A stretch of 64,000 nt of DNA from Octopus sinensis (Eukaryota). Under the pieces are notes generated by a model. It saw only the letters and a list, made by a program, of their open reading frames with translations. It was not told the origin of the DNA and ran no database searches. The translations under genes and the position numbers were made by a program. Location of the stretch: the NCBI RefSeq assembly GCF_006345805.1, contig NC_043000.1, positions 137,950,001-138,014,000 of the forward strand. The letters run 5' to 3'. This document shows positions 39,827 through 51,453 of this stretch, piece by piece; position 1 is the first letter of the stretch, and each line of letters begins with the position of its first letter.

Positions 39827-41127
39827 GCGACAAGCATCAAGAGACAAATTTTCAAAGAACCAATTCAGAAAGCACATTTCAATATCCGATTTAAACTATT
39901 CCATTTAAACGATATCAAAGTTAGATAACCTAAACTTTTCTTGAAATAAGAAAAAAAAAATGAATATATATATAAGTTATTGATATCGATTATTACATTG
40001 TTACAAACTAATATTTTATTTCTCTCAACGACCGTGTTGTTGAACTCAGTGACTTCGCTGCTCAGTTTCTATTCTCATATCACGGCATTTTCTTCCATAT
40101 CACAATACCGTTAAATCTTTTAGTCTAACATTAATTTCTTGTTCTTTCTCCTGTAAATCTTTAGTTTTGAGACTACGTTAAATTTTTCACTCATATTTGA
40201 AAAATATTCAGATTGAATTGCTGCTGCTGTTGCTGTTCTTGCTGCTACTACTGCTGCTGCAAATGTTGTTCTTACAGCTGCCGCTTACTTCAAGTCTCCA
40301 CCCGATGGAGCTGAACTATTATTAAGTGCATTTATAAACCACCCGTCATTTTTCTACACGTAAAATAATTAGTGCTGTATTATCTAATAATACAATAAAG
40401 TTATAAATTTGATATACATTTTGCTCGTATTTCAGTAGATTAAATGAACGCATAAATGAAACTTCAATACAGGTTTTGAATTAAAGAGGCAGAAGCATTT
40501 ATTTTCATATTGCCCTTTGCATAAGGTGGATAGATATACAGATATAGACATTTTCGATCTCAGATGGTTTTCGATCTCAGAAATAAATCTATGTTGTAAT
40601 ATACCTCTTTTGAAGACTAAACTATTGATTAATAAAGAGTGGGGATCTTTCGCCCATTGTAGCTCGTAAGGATGGCCTTCTTCAAGTACTTAAGATTCGT
40701 ATAGCAAAATATATTTTGTTTACTACGTTGTGCTACTTAACTTCTATTTTCTATATCAGTTTTAAAGTATTCCATAAAAGGGTCAGTTTATATGTTTTTC
40801 ATTTCTGCATTATATATAATTAGATTTTCAAAATAAATTTAATTACATATTTGTGTATATTTAAATTATTTTGTATAACGTAACCATACGAAATTTTCTA
40901 CAATGTCGACCTTATATGTAAAATTACTTGCACTTGCTTTAAGCAATTTTAGAAGTATGGGAAACGTTCTCATACAATATCCGGTCATTGACTAAGTTTA
41001 TGGTATCATAGCTGAGCTTCACTCACTACAAATAACTTATGGACATTACGTTTTCTTGCCGTTGAATTCAAGAAATTATGAAGCAGTTATCCACTTAAAG
41101 ACAAGTATACTTGACTGGAAATAGTAG

Positions 41128-41445
41128 ACAATTATTATCTCATCTACGTTGAAGGAGAAGCGGAAATTTAATATTCTTAGCTTGTTCGATATCCGCAATG
41201 ATGCAGTGTATGTCCCTTTTTTAATCAATATCGAACTGAAAACCGTTGGTGGAAATCTCGCGAGAGTATATATGAGACAAATCACATGTTGGGATAATGT
41301 TTCATGTTTAAATAACCATGATTGTGTGGGATTTATCTACCAGAGCGACAATGATTTGAAGACTGGCGATTGTAGTAATCTGAAAACTAATGATTGCTTC
41401 ATAGTTATCGGAATGTGCACGGCTGGCAAATGTATTTTTAAATGA
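41128..41445 (+). CDS. Cys-rich ORF, PAN/apple-like pattern; candidate terminal exon or pseudo-exon
   Basis: 105 open codons with 7 Cys in the last 52 aa: TCWDNVSCLNNHDCVGFIYQSDNDLKTGDCSNLKTNDCFIVIGMCTAGKC. Confidence 0.35.
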   Translation, partial: TIIISSTLKEKRKFNILSLFDIRNDAVYVPFLINIELKTVGGNLARVYMRQITCWDNVSCLNNHDCVGFIYQSDNDLKTGDCSNLKTNDCFIVIGMCTAGKCIFK

Positions 41446-41515
41446 AGCTGAATTAATGGCGTCATTAGCAGATTATCACAAGTATCTGTATAAATCAGCT
41501 GCCAGTTGAACAAGA

Positions 41516-41643
41516 CGGATCATCATAATCGTCATCATCATCGTCATCATCATCGTCATCATCATCATCATCATCATCACATCATCAACATCACCATCAT
41601 CATCATCATCATCATCATCATTATCATCATCATCATCATTATC

Positions 41644-41675
<32 letters not shown>

Positions 41676-41700
41676 CATCACCATCACCATCATCATCCCC

Positions 41701-41741
<41 letters not shown>

Positions 41742-41767
41742 GTAGCAGTTGCATTTGTAGTAGTAGC

Positions 41768-41806
<39 letters not shown>

Positions 41807-41920
41807 TGTGGTAGTTGTATCGTTGTTGGTGGTGTCCATTTTCTTCATCACTACTCTCTTCCTCCTCATCATCATCACCAACAGCAACAGCTTTGTCGCC
41901 ATCATTGTTTTCTTCTTCTT

Positions 41921-41992
<72 letters not shown>

Positions 41993-42030
41993 AGTGTTGT
42001 TGTTGTTATTATTATTATTATTATCATCTA
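41516..42030. repeat. Compound trinucleotide block (ATC, AGT, TTC, TTA, TTG)
   Basis: Direct inspection. Confidence 0.95.
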
Positions 42031-42520
42031 TATATTTTTAAAATAACCATTTATATGAAAATTAAATCAAGATTATACAACCCTGTCTGATGCAGTCAGT
42101 CGGCTATAAATGAATGTATCTCTACCATGGCTTTCCTTTGTTTACTCAATGAATCAAATATCCATTATCCCAGTTAATGCACTTAGACATAATTTCGATG
42201 TTATCAAGAAAGTCCTGCAAACATATTCTTCAACCGTCTGCAGTCAATTCACAATAGGCTCTTTTTCTGACGTATCAAATTAAGGTTACAAACAACATGG
42301 AAATTCTCAAAAGATATAAGCTTGGTGTTTATACTAGCGTCATATATTTGTAGGATGCCACAGAGGCGAGTTTTCGATAAAAAGTTTGTGAAGTGGTTTA
42401 TGGCAAAAAGTTGAGAAATCTTTAGGCATTTGTGTTTCCGTGATGTCCAAAATTGAGAGGTTGTCATTGACCCATTGACAAATACTTTTCAAGTTCCTAA
42501 ATTCCTGTATTTTGAAGTAG

Positions 42521-42613
42521 TGCATTAATGGCGTAAAATGTATCGCTTCGTGTGGTTGTCACATGACTTCAGGAAATTCATACAGAAGATACGGAGATAT
42601 AATTTCCTTAGAG
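42521..42613 (+). CDS. Candidate 93-nt exon (CINGVKCIASCGCHMTSGNSYRRYGDIISLE)
   Basis: ttttgaagtag acceptor, GAG|GTGAGT donor, 31 open codons phase 0-0, 4 Cys. Confidence 0.25.
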
Positions 42614-42679
42614 GTGAGTGTTGTCCGAAATATTAACTAATAGCTAGCACGTCACTGTTACACATATAAAAATACACAC

Positions 42680-43110
42680 CTGTTTCTTTCTTTCTTTCTT
42701 TCTTTCTATCTTTCTTTCTTTCTTTTTCTCTTTCTCCCCCTCTCTCTCTCTCTTTCATTCTCTCTCTTTTTTATCGCTCTCTCCTTCTCTCGCTCTCTTT
42801 CGCTCTCTTTCTCTCTTTCTCTTTCTTTCTCGCTTTCTCTTTCTTTCTCGCTTTCTCTTTTTTTCTCATCTTCCTCTCTCGTTTCTTCTCTTTCTGTTTC
42901 TCTCTCTCTTTCTCCCTCTTTCTGTATCTCTCTCTTTCTCTCCCTTTCTTTATCTCTCTCTTTCTCTTCCTTTCTTTATCTCTCTCTTTCTCTCCCCTTC
43001 TTTCTCTCTCTCTTCTTTATTTCATGCTCTCTCTCTCTGTATGTATGTGCGTGTGTGTATGTATGCTTATGTATGCATGCGTTTGTGTGCGTATATATGA
43101 GTGTGTATTT
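42680..43110. repeat. (TC)-rich polypyrimidine tract followed by (TG)n
   Basis: Direct inspection. Confidence 0.9.
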
Positions 43111-44607
43111 GTGCACTCCATTTCCGTTACGTTTCTGTTCTAAACAATCATCGGAAAAAATTAGAATAATATGAAATAGAAAGTCTTAGGAAAATTAATA
43201 AACTTTGGCACTAGATGTTATACAATAGCGGGCTCTGTCACATTATCTGCTGCTATGATCCATTTTACATTTTGCCTGTTCAGCGTTCGTCTACATCAAT
43301 ATCAGCTCTCTGTATGTAACAGCAGGCAAAAACTCAAAAAATATGTATGCTAGATCAAAGCGCATCATTAGACACAAAGGAAATCTCCAACATAACATTG
43401 TAGCAATTCAGTTAAGACCAGGCTTGATCCATATAACTAACAGTGTCTCGGCACGATCACAATCTCAATACGTAAAACATTGCGATATATTAACGTATTG
43501 CTCGAATAACAGCAATCACATATTGTTTTGGCGTGTTTATAATTCGACTAAATTGTTCTCTGTGTAATCCTAGATAGATTTTAATTAGCTGTTTGTATTC
43601 GGATCTTCGTTTAGAAGGCATCTTTATAGATCCATTTATACTGAACATTAACTCTTGCTGGAAATAGAAATCTAGTGGTTAGATATGCGATATGTCTACA
43701 AAGCATTATATCAAATTCATAAGAGGGTACAATCATCAAAAGACAGTTGCAAATATATCATTCTAAGTAAGTTTCGCTACCACATATTGTCAAGAATCTT
43801 TATCAATGTTACAGAATTTCATGTCTTTCACACGAAACATATGAATCATAAAACATCGATCTCACTGTCATTTAAGAAGGAAATAACATGCTTAAGTAGC
43901 TTGTTTCGAATTTCAATACTTGAAATATGGTTGGGGAAAAACATCATGAGAGACAGTAGTAGTTTCTGAAAACTATAATAACAGCATATAAAAACAGCCT
44001 CCAAGAATGAAGGCATATTTAATAACTAAGAGATATTTAACGATCAATGACAATATTTGATCAGCTTTCTCTGCATGAAATACACTTATGATTTGTGAAC
44101 GTGTGTTGATGCAATATTCATGGCCAGCTTTTAGCGATATTAAATACTGCAAGCATTTCAGTGTGCGGCTATGGTCGGAATAGTGTTCCTCAATAGAATT
44201 AACAGTGTATACGTACATATGTGCATATATATGTGCATATATATGTGCATATATACACGTACATATATACACGCATACGTATATAGTTCTGTGTGTGAGT
44301 TAGTGTGTATGCACGCATATATATTGTTACATATATGATGTAATATGATCATACGAACAATCTAGACTGACATTATGTGGCCTCTCGACTTGCTAGGGAT
44401 AGCACATAAATCTGTCTCCAATCAATAATGATTTTTTTTAAATGACCAGGTAAGACATTATAGTCTTACATAAGTTATAGCAGAGTGAAACTAGGATAGA
44501 CACCACTAAGACATCTTCGATCATGCATGCAATTCCATAACTATGTAGACGTAAGCTTGCATATATATAATTCGTTTTGGTATACACTATGAGTACATGT
44601 ATATGTT

Positions 44608-44832
44608 GGACCGTTAGCTCCTACACGCATTTTTTTCTCTCCTTGTTTCTTTTCTGTGTATCTTTCTGTCGAAGAGCGTAGGCTCGAAACGTAAAAGACT
44701 TGTTTTATTTCTATTCCTGAGCGCCATACTAATACAATTGTTTGTTTGTACTCTACCTGCCTTCGTCTTTTGTTTATTTTCGAAAACCTGCCTTCGTCTT
44801 TTGTTTATTTTCGTAAACCTTCCCGTTATATA
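44608..44832 (+). mobile_element. PLE 3' terminal repeat (pLTR) remnant
   Basis: Ends ttattttcgtaaaccttcccgtta(ta)n, matching the 3' end of the GIY-YIG-bearing fragment at 50480-50770. Contains a local duplication of cctgccttcgtcttttgtttattttcg. Confidence 0.7.
44661..44698 (+). ncRNA. Minimal hammerhead-ribozyme-like motif with variant core
   Basis: TCTTT-CTGTCGA-A-GAGC-GTAG-GCTC-GAAAC-GTA-AAAGA: stem I, CUGANGA-like core (A6 to U), stem II, GAAA, GUA cleavage triplet. Confidence 0.5.
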
Positions 44833-45638
44833 TGTATGAATATATGTATGCGGAGAACAGACTTCCTTTTTTAAAATTTTTCATATTTTTACGAGTTTCA
44901 ATTTATGAAATCGAATGCTTTAAAGCTTTTATATATATAATACATTAAGCAATTTATATTAGCAGTTATTTTATTATTGGAAAAATAAGAATGAATCTTC
45001 TTTGACGAGACGACAATCCTTCGAAATATGTCTATTAAGTATTCCCAGCTATTTTGATTGTTTACTAAAAATAAACATGGGAAGTTTCCACATCATTATC
45101 AATAAGCACAACGAAAGCTTTCACATATACACCTCTGGATTTATTATCATTAACATATTTTAGATATTCTTCTATGTGAGTTTAAACTGTGTTTATGAAT
45201 ATATTCCATTTGTTTACAAAACTGACTACCGTTATTGTGCATGAATCAGGAAAGTCATTTAGATATATACTTTTCAAGACAGCCACCAAATAGGTTGCAT
45301 TTTCTATGATGAGAGTAAAATCATTCAATAAAATAAATTTTATGAGGAATACCAATTATTTTTCTATTTTCATATCGTCTTCAAACCCTAGCAGGAATTC
45401 TTCAATGTTCATAACTAGATATTTATTTCCAAAGTAATTGTCATTTCTATAGCGATTCGTGTACTGGAAACAAGGTTACTTTCTTTGTGTGTCATGCTTC
45501 CTCATTTCTCAGCACACAACTGGAATAGACAACAATAGCTTTCAATCCAGAATTTGAATGTAGAGTTCGGAGGATTGGGGTCAATATGTAAATTTAGATA
45601 AGGTCCCATTCTTCGTACGTTCAGTTAGAAATAGCTGT

Positions 45639-45712
45639 GGCCGGGACTCCTGTAAGGTCGGGAATCCTGTAAGGCCGGGTCTCCTGTAAGGCCAGGACTA
45701 CTGCAAGGCTGG
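45639..45712 (+). repeat. 17-bp minisatellite, about 4.3 copies (ggccgggactcctgtaa)
   Basis: Units start at 45639, 45656, 45673 and 45690. Confidence 0.9.
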
Positions 45713-45829
45713 GCCGCTACGCACTATAGTAGTGACTGGGCCACTTCATTAACAAATATGTTCACTCTCTCAGTAACAAATCAATGAGGATGCTGATGTA
45801 TCCATGATGACGTCGGTCAGAACTTAAAT

Positions 45830-46900
45830 GACACTTGTCTCCACATTATTTTTACAGGTCACTAAGGCAAAGAAGGCAATAAGAGGTATCTTAAATCTCC
45901 ATGCACTGTTATCAATCAAACAGATGTGACAATTGAAATGAGAGATGACTATCTACGCATAAATATCCAGAGACTCCATGAAATATTTGGAGAGGCAAAA
46001 GTCTCGTCACATATTCAGCTCTGTACTCTACCCAGAAAGACCGTCATATTCGTAGGGTTGGTACTATCATGAGTAGACATGCCACAAGAGTACTAATTGG
46101 TTGAAACCTGGTGAATAATAAGGTCATCAAAATGATGTTTACTACCAAGGAGATCTACTCTCCGAATGAGCTTAAACAGAGGAACGTAAAGAAGCATTCT
46201 ATAATCATCAAGAAAATGGCCGAGATAGCGTGCCTTAATATGATAGGAAACTGGTGACGGCGCATTTCAATGCGTAGCTAAACAAAAATGCATTATTCTT
46301 TGCAGTGGTCTCTGATGACTAAACCAACAACAGAAGCAACATTGAGAAGAGTTAACTAGTGCTGAGTGGTAGTTGTAGAGCTTAAGATCTGTTAACAAGT
46401 TCTTCACCCCACCTCAAAGCAGCTATAATATTTCATTGACTCACTCATTATTAACAACAAAGGAAACTGATTACATTCTCATTATCATAATTTGTCAGTC
46501 AGACGTGAAAGATATCCGAGTCTGTCGCAGGGAAGATTTTGGCTCAGACCACATTATAGTTGTTGAAAGGATTCCTTCGGTGCTACGGGAAACACTGACA
46601 GCATTGATTATGTGAGCCTACACTACGGATGCTCTCATACGGTTGATATACCAAGCACGCTTTTGATACAGAGAAGAATAATTTTGAAGCTTCAAGAGAG
46701 ACTGAAATTTAAAATCAGATTCCTCAAACATACAGTAGAACAGCATCATCATACCTTAGTTAAGATGTTTTTTCCTGAGACCATCGATCTATATGTGATA
46801 AAACCAAACATTCGCCTCGGGCATCTGACAAATTTTAGAAGGCATTTAAAGATGGGCTGTGCTACTTTTCGCCTAGCTGCGTAACTACTAGCAACAAGAC
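45830..46900 (+). mobile_element. Degraded RTE-clade LINE, endonuclease region
   Basis: RVGTIMS...LIG*NLVNNKVI and TDYILI...DVKDIRVCRREDFGSDHIIV motifs (APE endonuclease SDH). Confidence 0.65.
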
Positions 46901-47559
46901 TTCAGATGTCTGCGTGAAAAAATACTGTGGAATACATCTTTAATGTGAAAATGACATCTACATTATGTCCCGACAATAATATAATAGAATTAACGATTTA
47001 TGGTCCAATTGGAAATCAATTGATAAAGAGATCTGCAAGTTGAACTGTCTCAAATTCTTTCTATGCAAAATAATGACATAAAACGGAAGCAATTTATGCT
47101 AATAATGCAAGTTATATGCATTAAATATATCCCAGAGCGGATTGTCAAGGTTCAAAAAATATCATTCCCAGGAATAGAAATATTCTAATGAGGCAGAGTA
47201 AAAAAAAAAGCACTAAAGAACAAAAAATCAAATCGCTTAAATAGTAAACGATTGGCAGTAAAACACACGCATGCGCACGTGCACATACACAAACTCGCAC
47301 ATACAAACATACGCAAATACGCACATACAAATAAACTTACACTTGAATCTCTTTCGTAAATATTGGAAATGACATAAACACTCACACGAAAATGTGAGAA
47401 CATTAAATGATACCATGGTTGCAGACACCATAAAAACAAAAGTTTACGACTAGATATTGAAGCAGCTGCTCAACTAGCCAAATGTGAATGTGCTATAACT
47501 GTAATTTGCGAAGACTTGCTATAAATTCGATCGTCGGGTAAATTATCAGAAATGATTTC

Positions 47560-47950
47560 TTTCAATGACAATAAAATCTGAAGAGGTTTATATTTGCATT
47601 ACATGACGTGAAGTGGAGAACAAAGTATAGGGCATCACTCTTTCCAGAAGACGTTATGATAACGAGAATTGTCAGAAGATAGTATGTATAATACAAATTT
47701 GTTAGTGACAAAATGTAAGGGTAGGTAAATAATGCCTTGAGTAAGAGTAATGATATTGGTAGAGTTGATGGCCAAAGGAGGACATAGAGAGAAAAAAAAT
47801 TAAAGTAACAATAATTAGTTAATACATGAGATGGCCATGGTTTTACTAAGTAAAAACAAAAGTAGAAGTGTGGTAGATGGTACGAGAGTAAAGATATTAA
47901 AGGAGATAAGGTAAAACGCCAAACATAGCCCGTAAAAAAAACGTTAAGAA
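47560..47950 (-). mobile_element. Possible degraded CR1 3' fragment
   Basis: Composition and weak motifs similar to 7800-8100. Confidence 0.25.
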
Positions 47951-48135
47951 ACGATAATGAAAATAATTCAGAAAACTATTTTGATATGAGCATATGGTAT
48001 AAACAAAAACTACGAAAGGAAGAAACAAAAAGAATGCAGTTGATAATATGGAAGGCACCAAGTCAGGTATATTTATCATACGATACCACAAATATTATGT
48101 CATACGCAGACATGTATCATACTCACACAAATGTT

Positions 48136-48168
<33 letters not shown>

Positions 48169-48363
48169 GCTTATTCACGTCATTGTTCTTAAAAGAAAGA
48201 ATATACGTATTCATACATAAAAAGACATGTTAAAAGAGGCAAAGATAGAATGAAAAATTTACATTACACAATTAGTTTCAGCTGCAGCCATGGTCGGTAG
48301 GATATACATTAGACACACAGATATGCGTGTACACATGCTTATGCATATATGTGTATATGTGTG

Positions 48364-48394
<31 letters not shown>

Positions 48395-48457
48395 CTGTGT
48401 CTGTGTGTATACACACATACATATATGTATGTATATATATCTGTATGTATGTATGTA

Positions 48458-49435
48458 TGTTTATTCATTACTGTTTTCAATTTCGTTTTCGTCTCTTGTA
48501 TTCACATCCGTCTTGTGCGTTCACATTCCTGTCTTCTACCAAGAAATCTAATGCTTACAGCTTAGTTTTTTTTCTTGGGGCTGGCCGAGTTGGAGCAAAT
48601 ATCAGAATTGAACAGCCGAAATTTGCTATGATGATTCGGTGTCTGACTGAAGATTGAAGGCTTCGAATGATTTGTCTGTGTTCCGTGTTCGTCCCTTCCT
48701 GTATTTCACGTTCATTATATATAAAAACATTCATTCTTATATTATTGCGGCGTTACGTGCACCCCCCCGTTTGTTTGTCCAATTTTAAACCCTGCACGAC
48801 TTCTATACACACTGTCTTTCCTACCCGCCATTGCTTCTTCACCAAACTTTTTGGCGCCCTCCGATTCTTCCCCTCTCTTCCTCCCATCCTCCTCCCCTCT
48901 TCCCTCCCGTCCTCCTTAATCCCTTCTTTCTCCTTTTCTCTTGGTCACTGATTCTGTCCCCTGCCTTCCACCCTCTTTGATTCCCTCTCTCTCTCTCTCC
49001 TGCGACCTGCTGCTTCTTAAACCATTCTGTTGGCCTTCGTATCTCGACCAACATGTGTCCCCGCTACCGAAACGGTAAATATTTCTACGCCAGCTATGTT
49101 GTTGTTGTTGTTTTTGTCTCATTTGGTCTAAAGTCGTATGACAACCACCGTTATATATATTTTGTTTATTCATTACTGTTTTCAATTTCGTTTTCGTCTC
49201 TTGTATTCACATCCGTCTTGTGCGTTCACATTCCTGTCTTCTACCAAGAAATCTAATGCTTACAGCTTAGTTTTTTTTCTTGGGGCTGGCCGAGTTGGAG
49301 CAAATATCAGAATTGAACAGCCGAAATTTGCTATGATGATTCGGTGTCTGACTGAAGATTGAAGGCTTCGAATGATTTGTCTGTGTCCGTGTTCGTCCCT
49401 TCCTGTATTTCACGTTCATTATATATAAAAACATT

Positions 49436-49441
<6 letters not shown>
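48458..49441. mobile_element. Element with two ~280-bp direct repeats (PLE pseudo-LTR or TRIM-like)
   Basis: 48458-48737 and 49163-49441 differ by one 1-nt indel. TG start and CA near end; AATAAA at the minus-strand end. 425-bp non-coding interior; both ends in TA-rich microsatellite. Confidence 0.7.
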
Positions 49442-49481
<40 letters not shown>

Positions 49482-50165
49482 TTATTTTTCTTCCACGCTC
49501 TATATCTTTTTTTCTTCACTCGTTTATTACTATTCTTATTTTATTATCTTAACTCAAGTCCATTACTCGGAAATCTTTCGTCACACATCTGTGACCTCTT
49601 CAGAGACGCTTTTCGTTTTCGTGTGTGTTCTCGCTCCAATTATTCTATTCTGTTCTTCTAAGACGTGTACGCTTATGTGCGCATGCGTTTATGTCCTTGT
49701 TTGTTTGCGTGTGTGTGCGTGCGTGTATGTGTGCTTGTATGCTTGTGTGTGTCTCATAGTTTTTAGCAGCAGTGTAGCCTTTCCCTCAGCCCCATCCCCT
49801 CACCCCGTTGTGCTGCTACCGTTCTACGACCCGAAAAGAGAAATATGGTACAGCTCCTGCATTCCTCTGTGTATGTGTGTTCGCCCACGGTGTTGCAATC
49901 ATGGTAGTTGTTGTTGTTGCTGTTATTGCCGTCGCTGACACCACCGCTGCTGACACCACCGCTGCTGCTGACTGTGTTAGTTGTGCTGTTGACATCGTTA
50001 TGGCCGTCCATGAAGTTTCATGTGTGTGTGCGTATGGGTTTACTTCGTATGTATCCATGTCCTTTATATACTTTTATTTATTTATTTTATCTACCTTTGT
50101 CTTACATTTATCACTGGTATGTGGAAGATATATCTATCTATCTATCTCTCCATCTCTTTCTCTCA

Positions 50166-50211
<46 letters not shown>

Positions 50212-50479
50212 ATATATATATATATAGTAGAAATACGTGGAGATGTAAGGGTAAAATATGAAAAATCAACGAAAATGCATATTGCAGATAGAAAAAGGCT
50301 ATTTATGACAGGTAGTGACAAATATATACATTTAGATTGACTGAGGTAGTAATACGAGTCATAAAGGTCATTATTATGTGATGATTATAAGATGATAATA
50401 ATAATAAAGTAAGAGAACAAAACAAACCAATTGGTTTACGCGAAGGCTATTCATCGTTTGATATATATATATATATATA

Positions 50480-50770
50480 TATATAACGGGAAGCTTTATG
50501 AAAATAAGCAGAGAGAATGAAAAGAAAACTTGTAGAGCATAGAAGCGAAGAGAGAATATTAATTCCTGTTTACGGTGAAGGCGGAAGTCCAGATGACCCC
50601 TGTGCAAAGACAACCCGATCACAGGCAGGTGTTGTAGTGAATGACTGGTAGAGCGGAAATGGCGTGAGACCGGAGTGTCCTCGCCAAGTCTGATATCTCG
50701 GAGGTGCACCGCGACCCGGTCAGCCAAGCGGCGTCCCATTTGGCCGATGTACATAGAAGGGCAGAAAGAG
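50480..50770 (-). mobile_element. PLE GIY-YIG endonuclease 3' fragment
   Basis: YIGQMGRRLADRVAVHLRDIRLGEDTPVSRHF...RKQELIFSL, followed by the pLTR end ttattttcataaagcttcccgtta(ta)n. Confidence 0.85.
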
Positions 50771-50816
50771 CACGATCATACATACATACATACTACATAC
50801 ATACATACATACATAC

Positions 50817-50854
<38 letters not shown>

Positions 50855-50856
50855 TA

Positions 50857-50909
<53 letters not shown>

Positions 50910-50994
50910 TATTACTGTTGGCTAGTTTTTCTACACGCTAGGCCACAGTGGTAAAAAATTTCTAAATAATATTTTACTACCCTGAAATTTATTA

Positions 50995-51025
<31 letters not shown>

Positions 51026-51089
51026 GAGAGAGAGGAGTAGAGGGGACAGATTTCTGTGTGGGGAGTATGTGTGTATGTATATATTCATT

Positions 51090-51453
51090 TATTCTTTTTT
51101 TCGTTTCAGTCATTTGACTGCGGCCATGCTGGAGCACCGTCGTTATCGAACAAATCGACCACAGGACTTATTCTATCGGCTTCATTTGCCAAATCGCTAA
51201 GTTACTGGGATGTAAAAAACCCAACATCGGTTGTCAAGTGATTGTGGGTAAGAAACACAGACACACAAACAGAAATACTTATATATATACGACTGGCTTC
51301 TTTCAGTTTCCGTCTACCAAATCCACTCACAGGGCTTCGGTCGGCCCAAGGCTATAGTAGAAGACACTTGCCCAAGTTGCCACGCAGTGGGACTGAACCC
51401 GGAACCGTGTGGTTGGTAAGCAAGCTACTTATCACACAACCACTCCTGCGCCT
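51090..51453 (-). mobile_element. Family-A SINE
   Basis: Near full length; same head, body and tail as 11789-12234. Confidence 0.88.

Noticed and set aside
42060-42600. Possible LRR/Toll-like pseudogene on the minus strand (NLSILDITETQM, LHKLFIENSPL, LQIYDASINTKL)
   Set aside because: It needs frameshifts between motifs, shows no LRR-CT or TIR, and overlaps a competing plus-strand exon candidate. Only a BLASTx could rescue it.
48852-48859. TGGCGCCC resembling a tRNA-Lys primer-binding site
   Set aside because: Only 8 nt match, and it lies about 115 bp from the repeat end rather than adjacent to it.
49763-50011. ORF MDGHNDVNS...
   Set aside because: Low-complexity GCT/GTT-rich sequence among repeat remnants, with no domain or splice support.
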